A DNA stretch of 64,000 bases, taken from an uncultured Actinomycetes bacterium. GTDB taxonomy: Bacteria; Actinomycetota; Thermoleophilia; UBA2241. The DNA is taken from positions 45,108 to 109,107 of the forward strand of contig CAVYCN010000011.1 in the NCBI GenBank assembly GCA_963767005.1, given 5' to 3'. This document shows, in pieces, positions 9,952 through 19,713 of this stretch. Every line of letters starts with the position of its first letter. Position 1 is the stretch's first letter. Below the pieces are notes generated by a model, which did no database searches, had not been told where the DNA came from, and saw only the letters and a program-made list of their open reading frames with translations. A program made the position numbers and the translations under genes.

Positions 9952-10866
9952 CTACCGTCGCATGCGCGGGTCGAGGACGTCACGCAGGCCGTCGCCCACG
10001 AGGTTGAAGGCCAGCACGAGCAGGAAGATCGCAACGCCCGGGAACGTGCCGATCCACCACTGCTGCAAAATGAAGCTCTGCCCGGTCGAGATCATGAGGC
10101 CCCAGTCGGGCGTCGGCGGCTTGGCCCCGAGGCCGAGGAAGCTCATCGCGGCGACCGCCAGGATCACGGTGCCGACGTCGACCGTCATCTGCACGATCAC
10201 GGGGCCGAACGCGTGCGGCAGGATGTGCCGCAGGATGATGCGCAGGTCGCGCACGCCCATGGTGCGCGCCACCTTGACGAAGGGCCGCTGGCGCAGCGAC
10301 ACCGCCATGCCACGCACGAGGCGCGTGTACCAGGGCCACCAGGTGACGACGATGGCGATGCCGACGTTGCGCAGGCTGGCGCCGAGGAAGGCCACGAGGG
10401 CCATCGTCAGGATGAGGCTGGGAAAGGCTAAGAAGACGTCGGTGACGCGCATCACCGCCTCGTCGACCATACCGCCGAAGTAGCCGGCGATGCCGCCGAG
10501 CGGGATGCCGATCAGCAGCACGCCGATCATGGTCACGAAGGGCATGATGAGCGCGATGCGACTGCCGTAGACTACGCGCGAGAGCACGTCGCGGCCGAGC
10601 TCGTCGGTGCCGAACAGGTGGTGCGCGCTGGGCGCCTGCAGCCGGATCGACACGTCGGGCTGACCCTGCCCCTGGGCCGGGTACGGCGCGATCAGCGGCG
10701 CGCCGACGGCGAGGATCACCATGAAGACGATCCAGACCACGGCGATCGCGGCCAACCGGTCGCGCGAGAAGACGCGCACGCTGTGGCGCCACTCCGAGAG
10801 CGAGGCGGCGTGCCGCACTCGCCAGTCGGAGAGGGCCCCGGTGCGCGTCTGTGCCGTCACGCTCAT
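9952..10866 (-). CDS. Peptide ABC transporter permease (DppC-like)
   Basis: HLFGTDELGRDVLSR, EAA-like loop, SFLGLG..PPTPDWG. Confidence 0.92.
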   Translation of the reverse strand: MSVTAQTRTGALSDWRVRHAASLSEWRHSVRVFSRDRLAAIAVVWIVFMVILAVGAPLIAPYPAQGQGQPDVSIRLQAPSAHHLFGTDELGRDVLSRVVYGSRIALIMPFVTMIGVLLIGIPLGGIAGYFGGMVDEAVMRVTDVFLAFPSLILTMALVAFLGASLRNVGIAIVVTWWPWYTRLVRGMAVSLRQRPFVKVARTMGVRDLRIILRHILPHAFGPVIVQMTVDVGTVILAVAAMSFLGLGAKPPTPDWGLMISTGQSFILQQWWIGTFPGVAIFLLVLAFNLVGDGLRDVLDPRMRR

Positions 10867-10876
10867 CGCCCCCTCC

Positions 10877-11899
10877 CTAGCTCAGCACGATGCGCGGGTC
10901 GAGCCACGCGATCACAAGGTCGACGACGAGGTTGACGATCACATAGACCGAGGCGACGAGGATGGTCACGCCCATGATCGCCGGGTAGTCGAGGCTCAGG
11001 ATCGACTGCAGCGCGTACGAGCCCAGGCCGGGCCAGGCGAAGATGAGCTCGATGAAGAACGCGCCGATGATCGAGTAGGCGAACATGAGCCCGAGCACGG
11101 TGAAGACCGGCGCGAGCGAGTTCTTCAGGGCGTAGCGGTAGATGATGACGCGCTCGGGGACGCCCATGGCGTCGGCCATGCGGATGTAGTCCTGGCCGAG
11201 CGCCTCGAGCACCGCCGAACGCGTCATGCGCATCATCACGCCGGTCGGATAGGCGGCAAGCGCCAGGCACGGCAGGATGAAGTGCATGAAGCTGTCGCGG
11301 AAGGCGACGAGGTTGCCGGTCACCAGGGCGTCGACGAGCGGCATGCCGGTGATGTGGGTGATCGGGTTCGCGAACTGCACATCGACGCTCATCGCACCCG
11401 CCACCGGCAACGCGTGCAGCACGCGGAAGAACACGATCTGCAGCATCATGGCCAGCCAGAACGACGGCAGCGAGACGCCGCCGATCGCGAAGATGCGCAG
11501 CACGAAGTCGACGACGCCGCCCTTCAGGTGCGCGGTGAGCGCGCCGAGCGCGATGCCCACGATGGTCGCGACGATCATGGCGCCGGCGACGAGCTGCAGC
11601 GACAGCGGCGCGAAGCGCACGAGGTCGCCGAGGACCGAGCGGTGCGTGCGCAGCGACGTGCCCCAGTTGCCGTGCACGAGATCCCAGAGGTAGGCGACGT
11701 ACTGCACGTAGAGCGGCTTGTCCATGTGCAGCATCTTGCGGGCCGCCGCGATCGCCGGGCCGCGCGCCTGGGGCCCGGCGTACAGGGCGGCCGGGTCGGC
11801 CGGTACCACGCGGGCCAGCAGGAACGTGATGAGCGAGATGCCGATCAGCACGAACACGAGGAGCAGGACGCGTCGCAGCAGGTAGGCGCGGACGGTCAC
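10877..11899 (-). CDS. Peptide ABC transporter permease (DppB-like)
   Basis: LDKPL-like N-terminus, GNWGTS, PSFWLA, QDYIRMADAMG, FAWPGLG. Confidence 0.92.
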   Translation of the reverse strand: MTVRAYLLRRVLLLVFVLIGISLITFLLARVVPADPAALYAGPQARGPAIAAARKMLHMDKPLYVQYVAYLWDLVHGNWGTSLRTHRSVLGDLVRFAPLSLQLVAGAMIVATIVGIALGALTAHLKGGVVDFVLRIFAIGGVSLPSFWLAMMLQIVFFRVLHALPVAGAMSVDVQFANPITHITGMPLVDALVTGNLVAFRDSFMHFILPCLALAAYPTGVMMRMTRSAVLEALGQDYIRMADAMGVPERVIIYRYALKNSLAPVFTVLGLMFAYSIIGAFFIELIFAWPGLGSYALQSILSLDYPAIMGVTILVASVYVIVNLVVDLVIAWLDPRIVLS

Positions 11900-11964
11900 G
11901 AAAACGGCTCCTTCCTCTCCGTGTCGGCCTCTCGGGCGTGGGCGTTGTCGGCGCGCGTGTGGTC

Positions 11965-12009
11965 GGGCGCGGCCGGGGCGGCGCCTGCGGCGCCGCCCCG
12001 GCCGCGCCC
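11965..12009. terminator. 21-bp perfect inverted repeat after the SBP gene (mRNA-stabilising or attenuating hairpin)
   Basis: GGGCGCGGCCGGGGCGGCGCC-TGC-GGCGCCGCCCCGGCCGCGCCC. Confidence 0.7.
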
Positions 12010-12014
12010 CGCTC

Positions 12015-13634
12015 CTACAGGGTGATGTAGTAGAAGCGGATGACGTTCGGGTAGGGCTGCGAAATGGCGTCGGGCCCTACCTTGAGCTTGGCGTTGCAGG
12101 CATAGACCGCCTTGAGGTCCCAGAGATAGATGATCGGGACCTGGTCGTGGATCATGACCTGGGCCTGGTCGTAGAGCTTCTTGGCGCCCGTGCGGTCGGT
12201 CGCCTCGGTCGTCCAGGCCGTGTCGATCAGCTTGTCGTAGTCGGAGTGGTACCAGTAGCTCAGGTTGAAGATCGGCGAGGCCTCGGAGTGCAGCTCCTCG
12301 GTCAGGCTGTCCTTGCCGTGTGAGTACGCCGGCCACCAGGTGATCGACAGCAGATCCTGGCGCTTGGCGCTGGGCCCCTTGGCCTTCTGCCAGGCCTGCG
12401 CCCAGAGCATGGGCTGCAGGTTGACCGTGATCCCGAGCTTGGCCCACGACTCCTTGATCAGCGTGCCCATGGTCGTGTCGGCCGGGTTCTCCTCGGTCGG
12501 GTAGGTCATGAGCAGGCTGAAGCCGCCGTTCGGGTAGCCCGCCTGGGCCAGGAGCTGTTTGGCCTTGGCGAGGTCGTACGGGTAAGGCGATATGCTGTCG
12601 TCCCGCGGCCACAGGCCGGCCGGCATCGGGCCGTTGGACTGCGTGCCGAGGTTGTTGATGGCGGCCGCGATGATGTCCGTGTAGGGCGTCGCGTAGGCGA
12701 GCGCCTGGCGCACCAGCGGGTTGTCGAGCGGCTTGTGCTGCGTGTTCAAGTAGAGGATCTGCGACACGAGCGACGGCATCTCGACGACACGGATGCCCGA
12801 CTCGGCAGCCTCCGCCTTGACGGCGTCACGCGCCACCGACTCCTGCAGTTGCACGGCGCCCGACTCGAGCATCTGGCGCTGCGTGTTGGGATCGGCCGCT
12901 ACCTGGAGCACGATCTTGCGGAACTGGTTGTTCTTCCAGCCACCCCAATAGTCGGGATCGCGCACGAGCACGATCTGCTGGTTGGGCGAGTACGACTGCA
13001 GCTCGTAGGGACCGGTGCCGTCCTCGTGGCCCTTGTCCCACCACGACTGCGGCTTGCCGGCCGTCTTGGGGCTGAAGATCCAGGCCGCGTACTCCGACGA
13101 GACGAGCGGCTCGAGCGGCACCGGCTGGTCGAGGACGAGCTGGACGGTGTAGTCGTCGACGACTTTGACCTGCTTGAGGTCGCTCCAGATGTAGGCGAGA
13201 CCCAGGCCCATCTTCTTGGTCGCGTCGTAGGAGTACTTGACGGCGGCCGCCGTGAACGGCGTACCGTCGTGGAACTTGACGCCCTGCCGCAGCTTGAAGG
13301 TCCACACCTTGCCGCCCTGCGAGGTCTCCCACGAGGTCGCGAGAGCCGGCGAGTAGGGCTCGGCGCTGCCCGGCGGGTTGGCCCAGATGAGCGGCTCGTA
13401 GAAGTTCCCCAGGACGCGGGACTCCGACGAGGAGCTCGCCCGCGGGTCCCAGGTCGTGATCGCGCCGGTGTCGGCGACGGCGAGGATGTTCGCCGTGGGC
13501 GCCGCGCTCGTCGATCCCGACGAGCCGCCCTTGCTGCCGCACGCGGCGAGCCCGAGCGCGGCGCCGAGCACGGCCAGGCACGCAAGCAGCAGCAACACCC
13601 GTGGTGCGTGCAGTCCGTTCGACCGTCTGCCCAT
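12015..13634 (-). CDS. Peptide/nickel-family ABC substrate-binding lipoprotein (SBP family 5)
   Basis: Signal peptide with lipobox LAAC; LATSWE, FKLRQGVKFHDG, GTGPY. ATG 13634 with RBS GGGGAG; the ORF-track extension is antisense to the next gene. Confidence 0.92.
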   Translation of the reverse strand: MGRRSNGLHAPRVLLLLACLAVLGAALGLAACGSKGGSSGSTSAAPTANILAVADTGAITTWDPRASSSSESRVLGNFYEPLIWANPPGSAEPYSPALATSWETSQGGKVWTFKLRQGVKFHDGTPFTAAAVKYSYDATKKMGLGLAYIWSDLKQVKVVDDYTVQLVLDQPVPLEPLVSSEYAAWIFSPKTAGKPQSWWDKGHEDGTGPYELQSYSPNQQIVLVRDPDYWGGWKNNQFRKIVLQVAADPNTQRQMLESGAVQLQESVARDAVKAEAAESGIRVVEMPSLVSQILYLNTQHKPLDNPLVRQALAYATPYTDIIAAAINNLGTQSNGPMPAGLWPRDDSISPYPYDLAKAKQLLAQAGYPNGGFSLLMTYPTEENPADTTMGTLIKESWAKLGITVNLQPMLWAQAWQKAKGPSAKRQDLLSITWWPAYSHGKDSLTEELHSEASPIFNLSYWYHSDYDKLIDTAWTTEATDRTGAKKLYDQAQVMIHDQVPIIYLWDLKAVYACNAKLKVGPDAISQPYPNVIRFYYITL

Positions 13635-13747
13635 CTCTCCCCCTGTTCGACGTGGTCTGCTGTCGCGCCGGTTCGGTCCACACCTCGCACGGCGTGCCGG
13701 AAGCCCCCCGAGACGGACCGCGCGGGTCACCGCTCGACGCACCTCGA

Positions 13748-13821
13748 ACAATAGTGAGGCGCGGCGGTCGGGGTCACTCACCCATACGGGGGATTTCGCC
13801 GGCGGCGCGACGGTGTAGCGT
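13748..13821. promoter_or_regulatory. Divergent promoter pair around a 16-bp imperfect palindrome (candidate NarL/LuxR-family box)
   Basis: TCACCC-ATAC-GGGGGA at 13778-13793; -10-like TATTGT (minus strand, 13753-13748) and TAGCGT (plus strand, 13816-13821). Confidence 0.5.
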
Positions 13822-13886
13822 TCGGGGCGGGCGCGGCGGCGGCCGCCGCCGCGCCGCCGACCGCCCCGCCGACCGGGAGGACCAGC

Positions 13887-15122
13887 ATGCCGTCTCGCAC
13901 GACCCCGCCCACGGCCGCCGCGCTCGGCCTCATGCAGGGCAGCCGACCGCCGGCCGAGCGTCTCGTCACGCTCGCCAACTGGCAGGACCCGCCCTTCAGC
14001 CGCTGGGCCTTCCAGCACCTGCGCGAGCTCACGCCCACGGCGCCGATCTCGCGAGGCGACGGGCCGGTGGCCGAGCTTGCGCGCGCGCCGCGCGAGCTGG
14101 GCAGCCTGCGGCTGACCACGGCCAGCGGCCGGCGCACTACCCTCGACCGTCTCCTGGCCGCGACGTACACCGACGGCTTCCTCGTCCTGCACCAGGGCGC
14201 CATCGTCTGCGAGCAGTACTTCAACGGCATGACGCCGGCGACCCTGCACCTGCTGCAGTCGGTCTCCAAGTCGATCGTCGGCACGCTGGCCGGCATCTAC
14301 GTCGGGCGCGGCCTGCTCGACCCGGCGAGGCCGGTCAGCGGCTACGTGCCCGACCTCGCCGGCACGAGCTTCGAGGGGGCCACCCTGCGCCAGGTGCTCG
14401 ACATGCGCACCGGCACGCGGTTCTCCGAGGAGTACACCGACCTGCGGGCCGAGATCAGGCAGTACGAGCAGGTCATCGGCTGGCGCCCGCGGACGGACCC
14501 GCAGACGGCCGCCGACCTCTGGGAGTACATCTGCCAGCTCGAGAACGCCCGGCCGCACGGCGCGCCCTTCGAGTACCGCTCCATCCTCACCGACCTGCTC
14601 GGCTGGATCCTCGAGTGCGTCGGCGACGCGCGCCTGGCCGAGCTGCTCGGCCGCGAGCTCTGGTCGCGCCTTGGCGCCGAGCGTGACGCCGAGATCTCGC
14701 TCGACGGCCACGGCCACCCGGTGGCCGACGGCGGCATCTCGGTCACGCTGCGCGACCTGGCGCGGTTCGGCCAGGCCTACCTGCAGAACGGCTCGTTCAA
14801 CGGCGCCCAGGTGGTGCCGGCGGCCTGGGTGCGCGATTGCCGCCGCGGCGACGGCGCAGCCGTCGCCGCCTTCGCCGCCTCGGAGTCGGCCGCGCGCTAC
14901 CCGCGTGGCCTGTACCGTGACCAGTGGTGGGTCGTCGACCGCCGCCGCGGCGTGCTGCTGGCCTCGGGCATCCACGGCCAGTCGGTCTACGTCGACCCGG
15001 CCGCGCAGACGGTCGTCGTCAAACTCTCGACCTGGCCCGAGGCCCTCGACCTGGAGCTCGCCGCCGACACGCTGCGCGCCTTCGCGGCGATCGCCGCCCG
15101 GCTGCGCCGCGACGACCGGTAG
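13887..15122 (+). CDS. Beta-lactamase-family serine hydrolase (6-aminohexanoate-dimer hydrolase-like amidase)
   Basis: SxxK (SVSKS), LDMRTG, FEYRS, ASGIHGQ; N-terminal NWQDPPFSRWAFQH. Confidence 0.88.
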   Translation: MPSRTTPPTAAALGLMQGSRPPAERLVTLANWQDPPFSRWAFQHLRELTPTAPISRGDGPVAELARAPRELGSLRLTTASGRRTTLDRLLAATYTDGFLVLHQGAIVCEQYFNGMTPATLHLLQSVSKSIVGTLAGIYVGRGLLDPARPVSGYVPDLAGTSFEGATLRQVLDMRTGTRFSEEYTDLRAEIRQYEQVIGWRPRTDPQTAADLWEYICQLENARPHGAPFEYRSILTDLLGWILECVGDARLAELLGRELWSRLGAERDAEISLDGHGHPVADGGISVTLRDLARFGQAYLQNGSFNGAQVVPAAWVRDCRRGDGAAVAAFAASESAARYPRGLYRDQWWVVDRRRGVLLASGIHGQSVYVDPAAQTVVVKLSTWPEALDLELAADTLRAFAAIAARLRRDDR

Positions 15123-15168
15123 CGGGTCACCGGTCGTCAGGCGTCGCCGCCGACCCGGCTGCCGGCCT

Positions 15169-16803
15169 CTAGGCGTCGACGCCGACCCGGCTGCCGGCGT
15201 CGCGGAAGTAGACGTCGATGTCGGCGCCCTCGTGGCCCTCGCGGTACCAGCGGTAACCGAGCACCAGCGCAACCGGCGCGCCGTAGAGCACCGCCTGCGT
15301 GAGCAGCGAGTCACCGAGGTTGTGCGTCTCGGTCAGCGGCTGGAACTGCAGGTAGCGCCAGGCGAGGTACCCGGCAAAGACGGTGAAGGCGAGCCCCGCG
15401 ACGCTGATCAGCGGCACGCCGAAGAGCTCGTAGGGCCCGGCCGACGACTCGCGGTAGAGCTCGCGCCGGGCAAACGGAAAAAGCGCGGCGGCCGCGCAGG
15501 TCACCCCGAAGGTGATGACGTTGACCAGGGTGGCGGCGATCAGCAGACGCCAGATGCCGAGCCGCAGCGTCGAGACGACGAGGACCGACGACAGCGCCGT
15601 GAAGCTCACGATGGCCAGCGTGGGAGCGCCGTTCACGGGGTCGAGGCACCCGAGCCAGCGCGGCAGCAGCCGGTCCCACGACATGGCGAGCAGCACGCGC
15701 GAGGCGGCCAGGGTGTGGTTGGGGACCCACAGCCAGAACCAGGCGTTGGCGGCGACCGCGAGGCTGAGCAGTGTCACCCAGGCCAGCCACGGCGAAGCCG
15801 AGGTGCTGAACAGCCGCGGCGCGAGCACCCAGAACGCCGCCGGGTGGTGCACGGCCAGGAACGCGCTCGCCCCGAACAGCTCCTCGCCCATGTGCGAGAT
15901 CGGCAGGGGCAGCAGCACGAGGGCGAAGGCCACGCTCACGATCTTGCCGAGCACGATCGTCGCCGACTGCACCGGCAGGCTCGAGGCGCGTCGCACCTCG
16001 CCCGCCTGGAAGGCGATCCAGCCGGGGTAGATCAGGCCGAACGAGACGATCGGCAGGAGCTGGACGGCGGCGCTCAGGCCGCCGAGATGGCCGGTGCGCA
16101 GAAAGCCGTCGTAGTAGGCGCGTAGCAGCACCTCGCTGTAGGCCGAGTTGTTGGTGTCGAGCTTGGTCACCGCGAAGTAGGTGACGAGCACGGCCAGCGC
16201 CGCCCCGCCGGCCACGACGAGCACACGCTGCAGGCGCGCGTAGAAGGCCATGCCGCGCAGGTTGATGAACGCCGACCAGACCGCCGCCGCAAGGCCGAGG
16301 GCGACCAGGCCCAGCGGGGTCAGCACCCAGCGGCCGGCGGCCATCAGGGCGCCGTTGTGGGCGCGCACGCCGAGCAGCAGCAGGAACGGGCCCACCGCGA
16401 CGCGCGAGGCGAACCAGCCGGCGATCGCCATCCACAGGGCGCCGCCGACCACGATGCCGGTCGACCCGAAGACGGCACCGGCCCAGCGCGACACGAGCCG
16501 CCGTTGAAAGAGGTAGTCCCCGCCGTTGCGCGGCATGCTCGACACCAGGAAGGCGTACACCACGGCCTCGCACAGGCAGAAGCCGCCGCTGATGAGGATG
16601 GCCAGGGTCATGCTGCTCACGGGGAAGTAAAAGGCGGCGCCGGCGACCAGGAAGATGCCGAACGTCACGGCGACGTTGGTCGTCATGACGTTGTAGAGGA
16701 ACGCGTCGAGCGGCGACCAGACGCGCGGCGGGTGGGCGACCTCGCGCAGCCGCACGACGACGCGCGGTGGGTCGTGACGCGGTCGTGCGCCGTCGGCCGC
16801 CAT
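15169..16803 (-). CDS. APC-superfamily amino acid/amine permease
   Basis: About 12 hydrophobic segments; MPRNGGDY, AGEVR, SRVLLAMSWDRLLP. Start may instead be GTG 16878. Confidence 0.8.
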   Translation of the reverse strand: MAADGARPRHDPPRVVVRLREVAHPPRVWSPLDAFLYNVMTTNVAVTFGIFLVAGAAFYFPVSSMTLAILISGGFCLCEAVVYAFLVSSMPRNGGDYLFQRRLVSRWAGAVFGSTGIVVGGALWMAIAGWFASRVAVGPFLLLLGVRAHNGALMAAGRWVLTPLGLVALGLAAAVWSAFINLRGMAFYARLQRVLVVAGGAALAVLVTYFAVTKLDTNNSAYSEVLLRAYYDGFLRTGHLGGLSAAVQLLPIVSFGLIYPGWIAFQAGEVRRASSLPVQSATIVLGKIVSVAFALVLLPLPISHMGEELFGASAFLAVHHPAAFWVLAPRLFSTSASPWLAWVTLLSLAVAANAWFWLWVPNHTLAASRVLLAMSWDRLLPRWLGCLDPVNGAPTLAIVSFTALSSVLVVSTLRLGIWRLLIAATLVNVITFGVTCAAAALFPFARRELYRESSAGPYELFGVPLISVAGLAFTVFAGYLAWRYLQFQPLTETHNLGDSLLTQAVLYGAPVALVLGYRWYREGHEGADIDVYFRDAGSRVGVDA

Positions 16804-16880
16804 GTGTGACTCCGTCGCACGCCTGGTCCGCCGATCGACTTCGGCGTCGTCGCTCAGGCTTGTGTGACTTCGTCGCACGC

Positions 16881-17513
16881 CTAGTCGAGCTGTCCCTGGC
16901 GCAGCGCCGCGGCGACCGCGTGCGCGCGCCCGGCCACGCCGAGCTTGCGGTAGATCGTCGCCAGGTGCGTCTTGACCGTCTCGCTGCTCACGAACAGGCG
17001 CTCGGCGATCTCGCGGTTCTCAGCGCCTGTCGCGACGAGCCGCAGGACCTCGAGCTCGCGGGCGCTGAGCGGCACCGGCGCGACCGGCGCCGGCGGCTCG
17101 CGCAGGATGTCGACGATCTCGGGGCTGAAGTAGAAGCCGCCCTCGGCCGCGGCGGTGATCGCGTCGACCAGCTCCTGGCGCGACGCCTGCTTGAGCACGT
17201 ACCCGTGCGCCCCGAGACGCGCCGCGCCCAGCACGAGCTCGCGCTCGTCGTGGATGGTGAGCACCACCACGCGCGGCGGCTCGCGCAGCTTCTGCAGCTC
17301 GCGCAGGACGTCGAGGCCCTGCACGCCCGGCAGGCTCATGTCGAGCAGCACCACGTCGGGCCGGGCGACCGGCACTGTGCGCAGCGCCTGCTCACCGTCG
17401 CAGGCCTCGCCGGTGATCGCGATGCCCGGGACGCGGGCCAGCATCCGCTTGATGCCCTCGCGCACGACCTCGTGGTCGTCGATCAGGAACACCCCTATCG
17501 CACCGTCGCCTAT
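16881..17513 (-). CDS. NarL/LuxR-family response regulator
   Basis: IDDHEVVREG, LLDMSLP, GYVLK, LSARELEVL..VKTH. Start uncertain (ATA 17513 or GTG 17492). Confidence 0.9.
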   Translation of the reverse strand: MGDGAIGVFLIDDHEVVREGIKRMLARVPGIAITGEACDGEQALRTVPVARPDVVLLDMSLPGVQGLDVLRELQKLREPPRVVVLTIHDERELVLGAARLGAHGYVLKQASRQELVDAITAAAEGGFYFSPEIVDILREPPAPVAPVPLSARELEVLRLVATGAENREIAERLFVSSETVKTHLATIYRKLGVAGRAHAVAAALRQGQLD

Positions 17514-19555
17514 GGCTGCACCCCCGTCCGTCCGGCCTTCGCCGCCTGCTGCGGCACGACCACCTCGACCGTCGTGCCGCTCTCCGGTCCCGTCTCGATC
17601 AGCAGCTCGCCGCCCACGAGGGCGGCCTGCTCGTCCATCATCGTCAAGCCGAAGTGGTCGTCGCGCTCCGCGACGCCGGGCTGCAGGCCGCGCCCGTCGT
17701 CGCGCACCGACAGGCGCACGACCTCGCCGGCGTCGGGGTCGTCGCCGGGGGCGAGACGCAGCTCGACGCGCCGCGCGCCGGAGTGGCGCAGGGCGTTGTG
17801 GAGCGCCTCGCGGGCGATGACGTACAGGCTGGTCTCGACGGCCGTGCTCAGCTCGGGGACGGTCGCAAGGTCGAGGCGCACCTCGCAGGCGCCGCCGTCG
17901 GCCTGGTCGGCGAGCGACTGCAGGGCGCCCCGCAGGCCCAGGCCGTCCAGAGCCGGCGGCCGCAGGTCGCGGATCACCCGGCGGGTGTCGCCGATCGCGG
18001 TGCGCAGCAGGCCCGAGACGCGCTCGGCGTCGCTCGCCGTCTCGAGCGGCAACTCCGCCTCCATGCCCTGCACCTGGTAGAGCGCGGCGACCATGGTCTG
18101 CACGATGTCGTCGTGCAGCACGGTCGCCCACTCCTTGCGCTTCTCCTGACGGAGCGTCGTGAGCCGGCGCAGCAGCCGCCTCGAGCGCTGCTGGCTGCGC
18201 TCGAGGTCGCGGTACAGGCGAGCGTTGCAGATGGCGCTCGCGGCCTGCTCGGCCACGATCTCGGCGCGGGCGACGTCGCGCGACGAGTAGCTGTCGCGCC
18301 GCTCCGACGAGTACAGTAGCAGCGAGCCGATGAGGACGTTGTCGGCGCGGATCGGCACGAAGAGCGCGGAGCGCAGGTGGAGCCGCTTGCGGGCCTCGGC
18401 GTCGATGTGCGTGCCCCAGGCGATGTCCTCGATCACGATGCTGCGGCCGTCCTGCAGGGCCTCGCGCGTGTTCTCCCGACCCTCGAACTTGAGTGCGACG
18501 CCGAGCAGCGGGTCGTCTTCGGGGCCGGAGCAGGCCACGACGATCAGGTCGTCGTCGTCGGGTCGCAGCTCGAGCAGCAGGCAGCGACAGTTGCCCATCA
18601 CGCGGGCCGCGCTCGAAGCGATCTGCTGAAAGGTGTGCTCCAGGTCGAGGCTGCCCGAGATGGCGCGCGCGACGGCGCAGGCCGTGTCGAGGACCACCTC
18701 GCTCAACTCCGACTGGCGCGACATGACGACGTGGTCGAGGGCGAGGCCCGTGCCGTCGGCCACGGCACGCAGAAAGTCGGCCTCGTGACCGGCGAGCGCC
18801 GCGGCGCGCCGGGCACCGAGCGCCAGAAAGCCGCGCAGGCGGTGACCGGCGAAGGCCGGCGCCAGCACCAGGCTGCCGACGGCACGCGGCGAGAGGTCGC
18901 GCAGCGCGGGTGGCAGCTCGGCGAGGGCGGCGCCGCTCAGGGTCACGAGCCCGGGCCGCTGGGCGGCCTCGGCGGCGATCCCTTCGCCGGTCTCGAGCAC
19001 CGGGTAAGGGAAGCTCCGACGCCGGGTCGGCCCGAACGCGGCCAGCACCTCGGCGCGGCCGTCGCCGCGCACGCGCAGCACCGCCCCCGTGTCGGCGCGG
19101 ACGGTGGCCACGATGTCGGGCAGCACGGCGCGCGCGATGTCGCCCGCCGGCATGTCGCGGTTCAGCAGGGAGGTCACGCGCGCGAGGGCGAGGCCGGTCG
19201 CCTGCAGGTCGTGGAAGTCGCTCAGCAGGTGGCCGTCGGCGTCGCCCTCGTCGAGCGACAGCACCAGGTCGTGGGCCCCAGAGGCGAGCGGCTCGACGTC
19301 GTAGCGCACCGACAGCCACTCTTCGCCCGCCCTCACGGCGACGCGGCCGGACGTCGCCCGATCGCCCGCCAGCGCGTCGCCGATCCGGCCGGCGCTCGCG
19401 CGGTCGATCCGCTCCAGGATCGACGCGAGCTCGACGCCCGGCCGCAGACGCCGGAACGGCCGGGCCCGCGGATCGTTCGCGACCTGGGCCGCGCCGATCA
19501 CGCCGAACGCGTCGACCTGCAGGCGCGCCAGCTCGACGACCGCCTCGCCTCCCAC
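17510..19555 (-). CDS. Soluble GAF-GAF sensor histidine kinase (HisKA_3 type)
   Basis: Two GAF-like regions, H-box LHDDIVQ, DLRPPALD, EALHNALRH, DDGRG, HFGL; no TM helices; GTG 19555 with RBS GAGGGGG. Confidence 0.88.
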   Translation of the reverse strand: MGGEAVVELARLQVDAFGVIGAAQVANDPRARPFRRLRPGVELASILERIDRASAGRIGDALAGDRATSGRVAVRAGEEWLSVRYDVEPLASGAHDLVLSLDEGDADGHLLSDFHDLQATGLALARVTSLLNRDMPAGDIARAVLPDIVATVRADTGAVLRVRGDGRAEVLAAFGPTRRRSFPYPVLETGEGIAAEAAQRPGLVTLSGAALAELPPALRDLSPRAVGSLVLAPAFAGHRLRGFLALGARRAAALAGHEADFLRAVADGTGLALDHVVMSRQSELSEVVLDTACAVARAISGSLDLEHTFQQIASSAARVMGNCRCLLLELRPDDDDLIVVACSGPEDDPLLGVALKFEGRENTREALQDGRSIVIEDIAWGTHIDAEARKRLHLRSALFVPIRADNVLIGSLLLYSSERRDSYSSRDVARAEIVAEQAASAICNARLYRDLERSQQRSRRLLRRLTTLRQEKRKEWATVLHDDIVQTMVAALYQVQGMEAELPLETASDAERVSGLLRTAIGDTRRVIRDLRPPALDGLGLRGALQSLADQADGGACEVRLDLATVPELSTAVETSLYVIAREALHNALRHSGARRVELRLAPGDDPDAGEVVRLSVRDDGRGLQPGVAERDDHFGLTMMDEQAALVGGELLIETGPESGTTVEVVVPQQAAKAGRTGVQP

Positions 19556-19713
19556 CTGATCCCCCTCTCGGGCGGCCGTCGGTCGGGCCGCCGCGCTCCG
19601 AAGGTAGTGCGTGACCGGCGCGATGGCAAGTGCGGAGCGCTGCGCCGCAACGTCGCGACACGCCGCCGCGCACCCTGCCGTGCGCGGCGCCTGCAACCCG
19701 GGCGGCGCGCCGC

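Noticed and set aside
12015-15314. 1099-aa ORF, and similar long N-terminal extensions (16881-19673, 35477-37591, 2650-4638, 53879-55678)
   Set aside because: The extensions are Arg/Pro/Ala-rich shadow frames overlapping real genes; the true starts have an RBS or stop-start coupling.
17510-17513. Kinase-regulator fusion by amber readthrough
   Set aside because: The two genes are in different frames.
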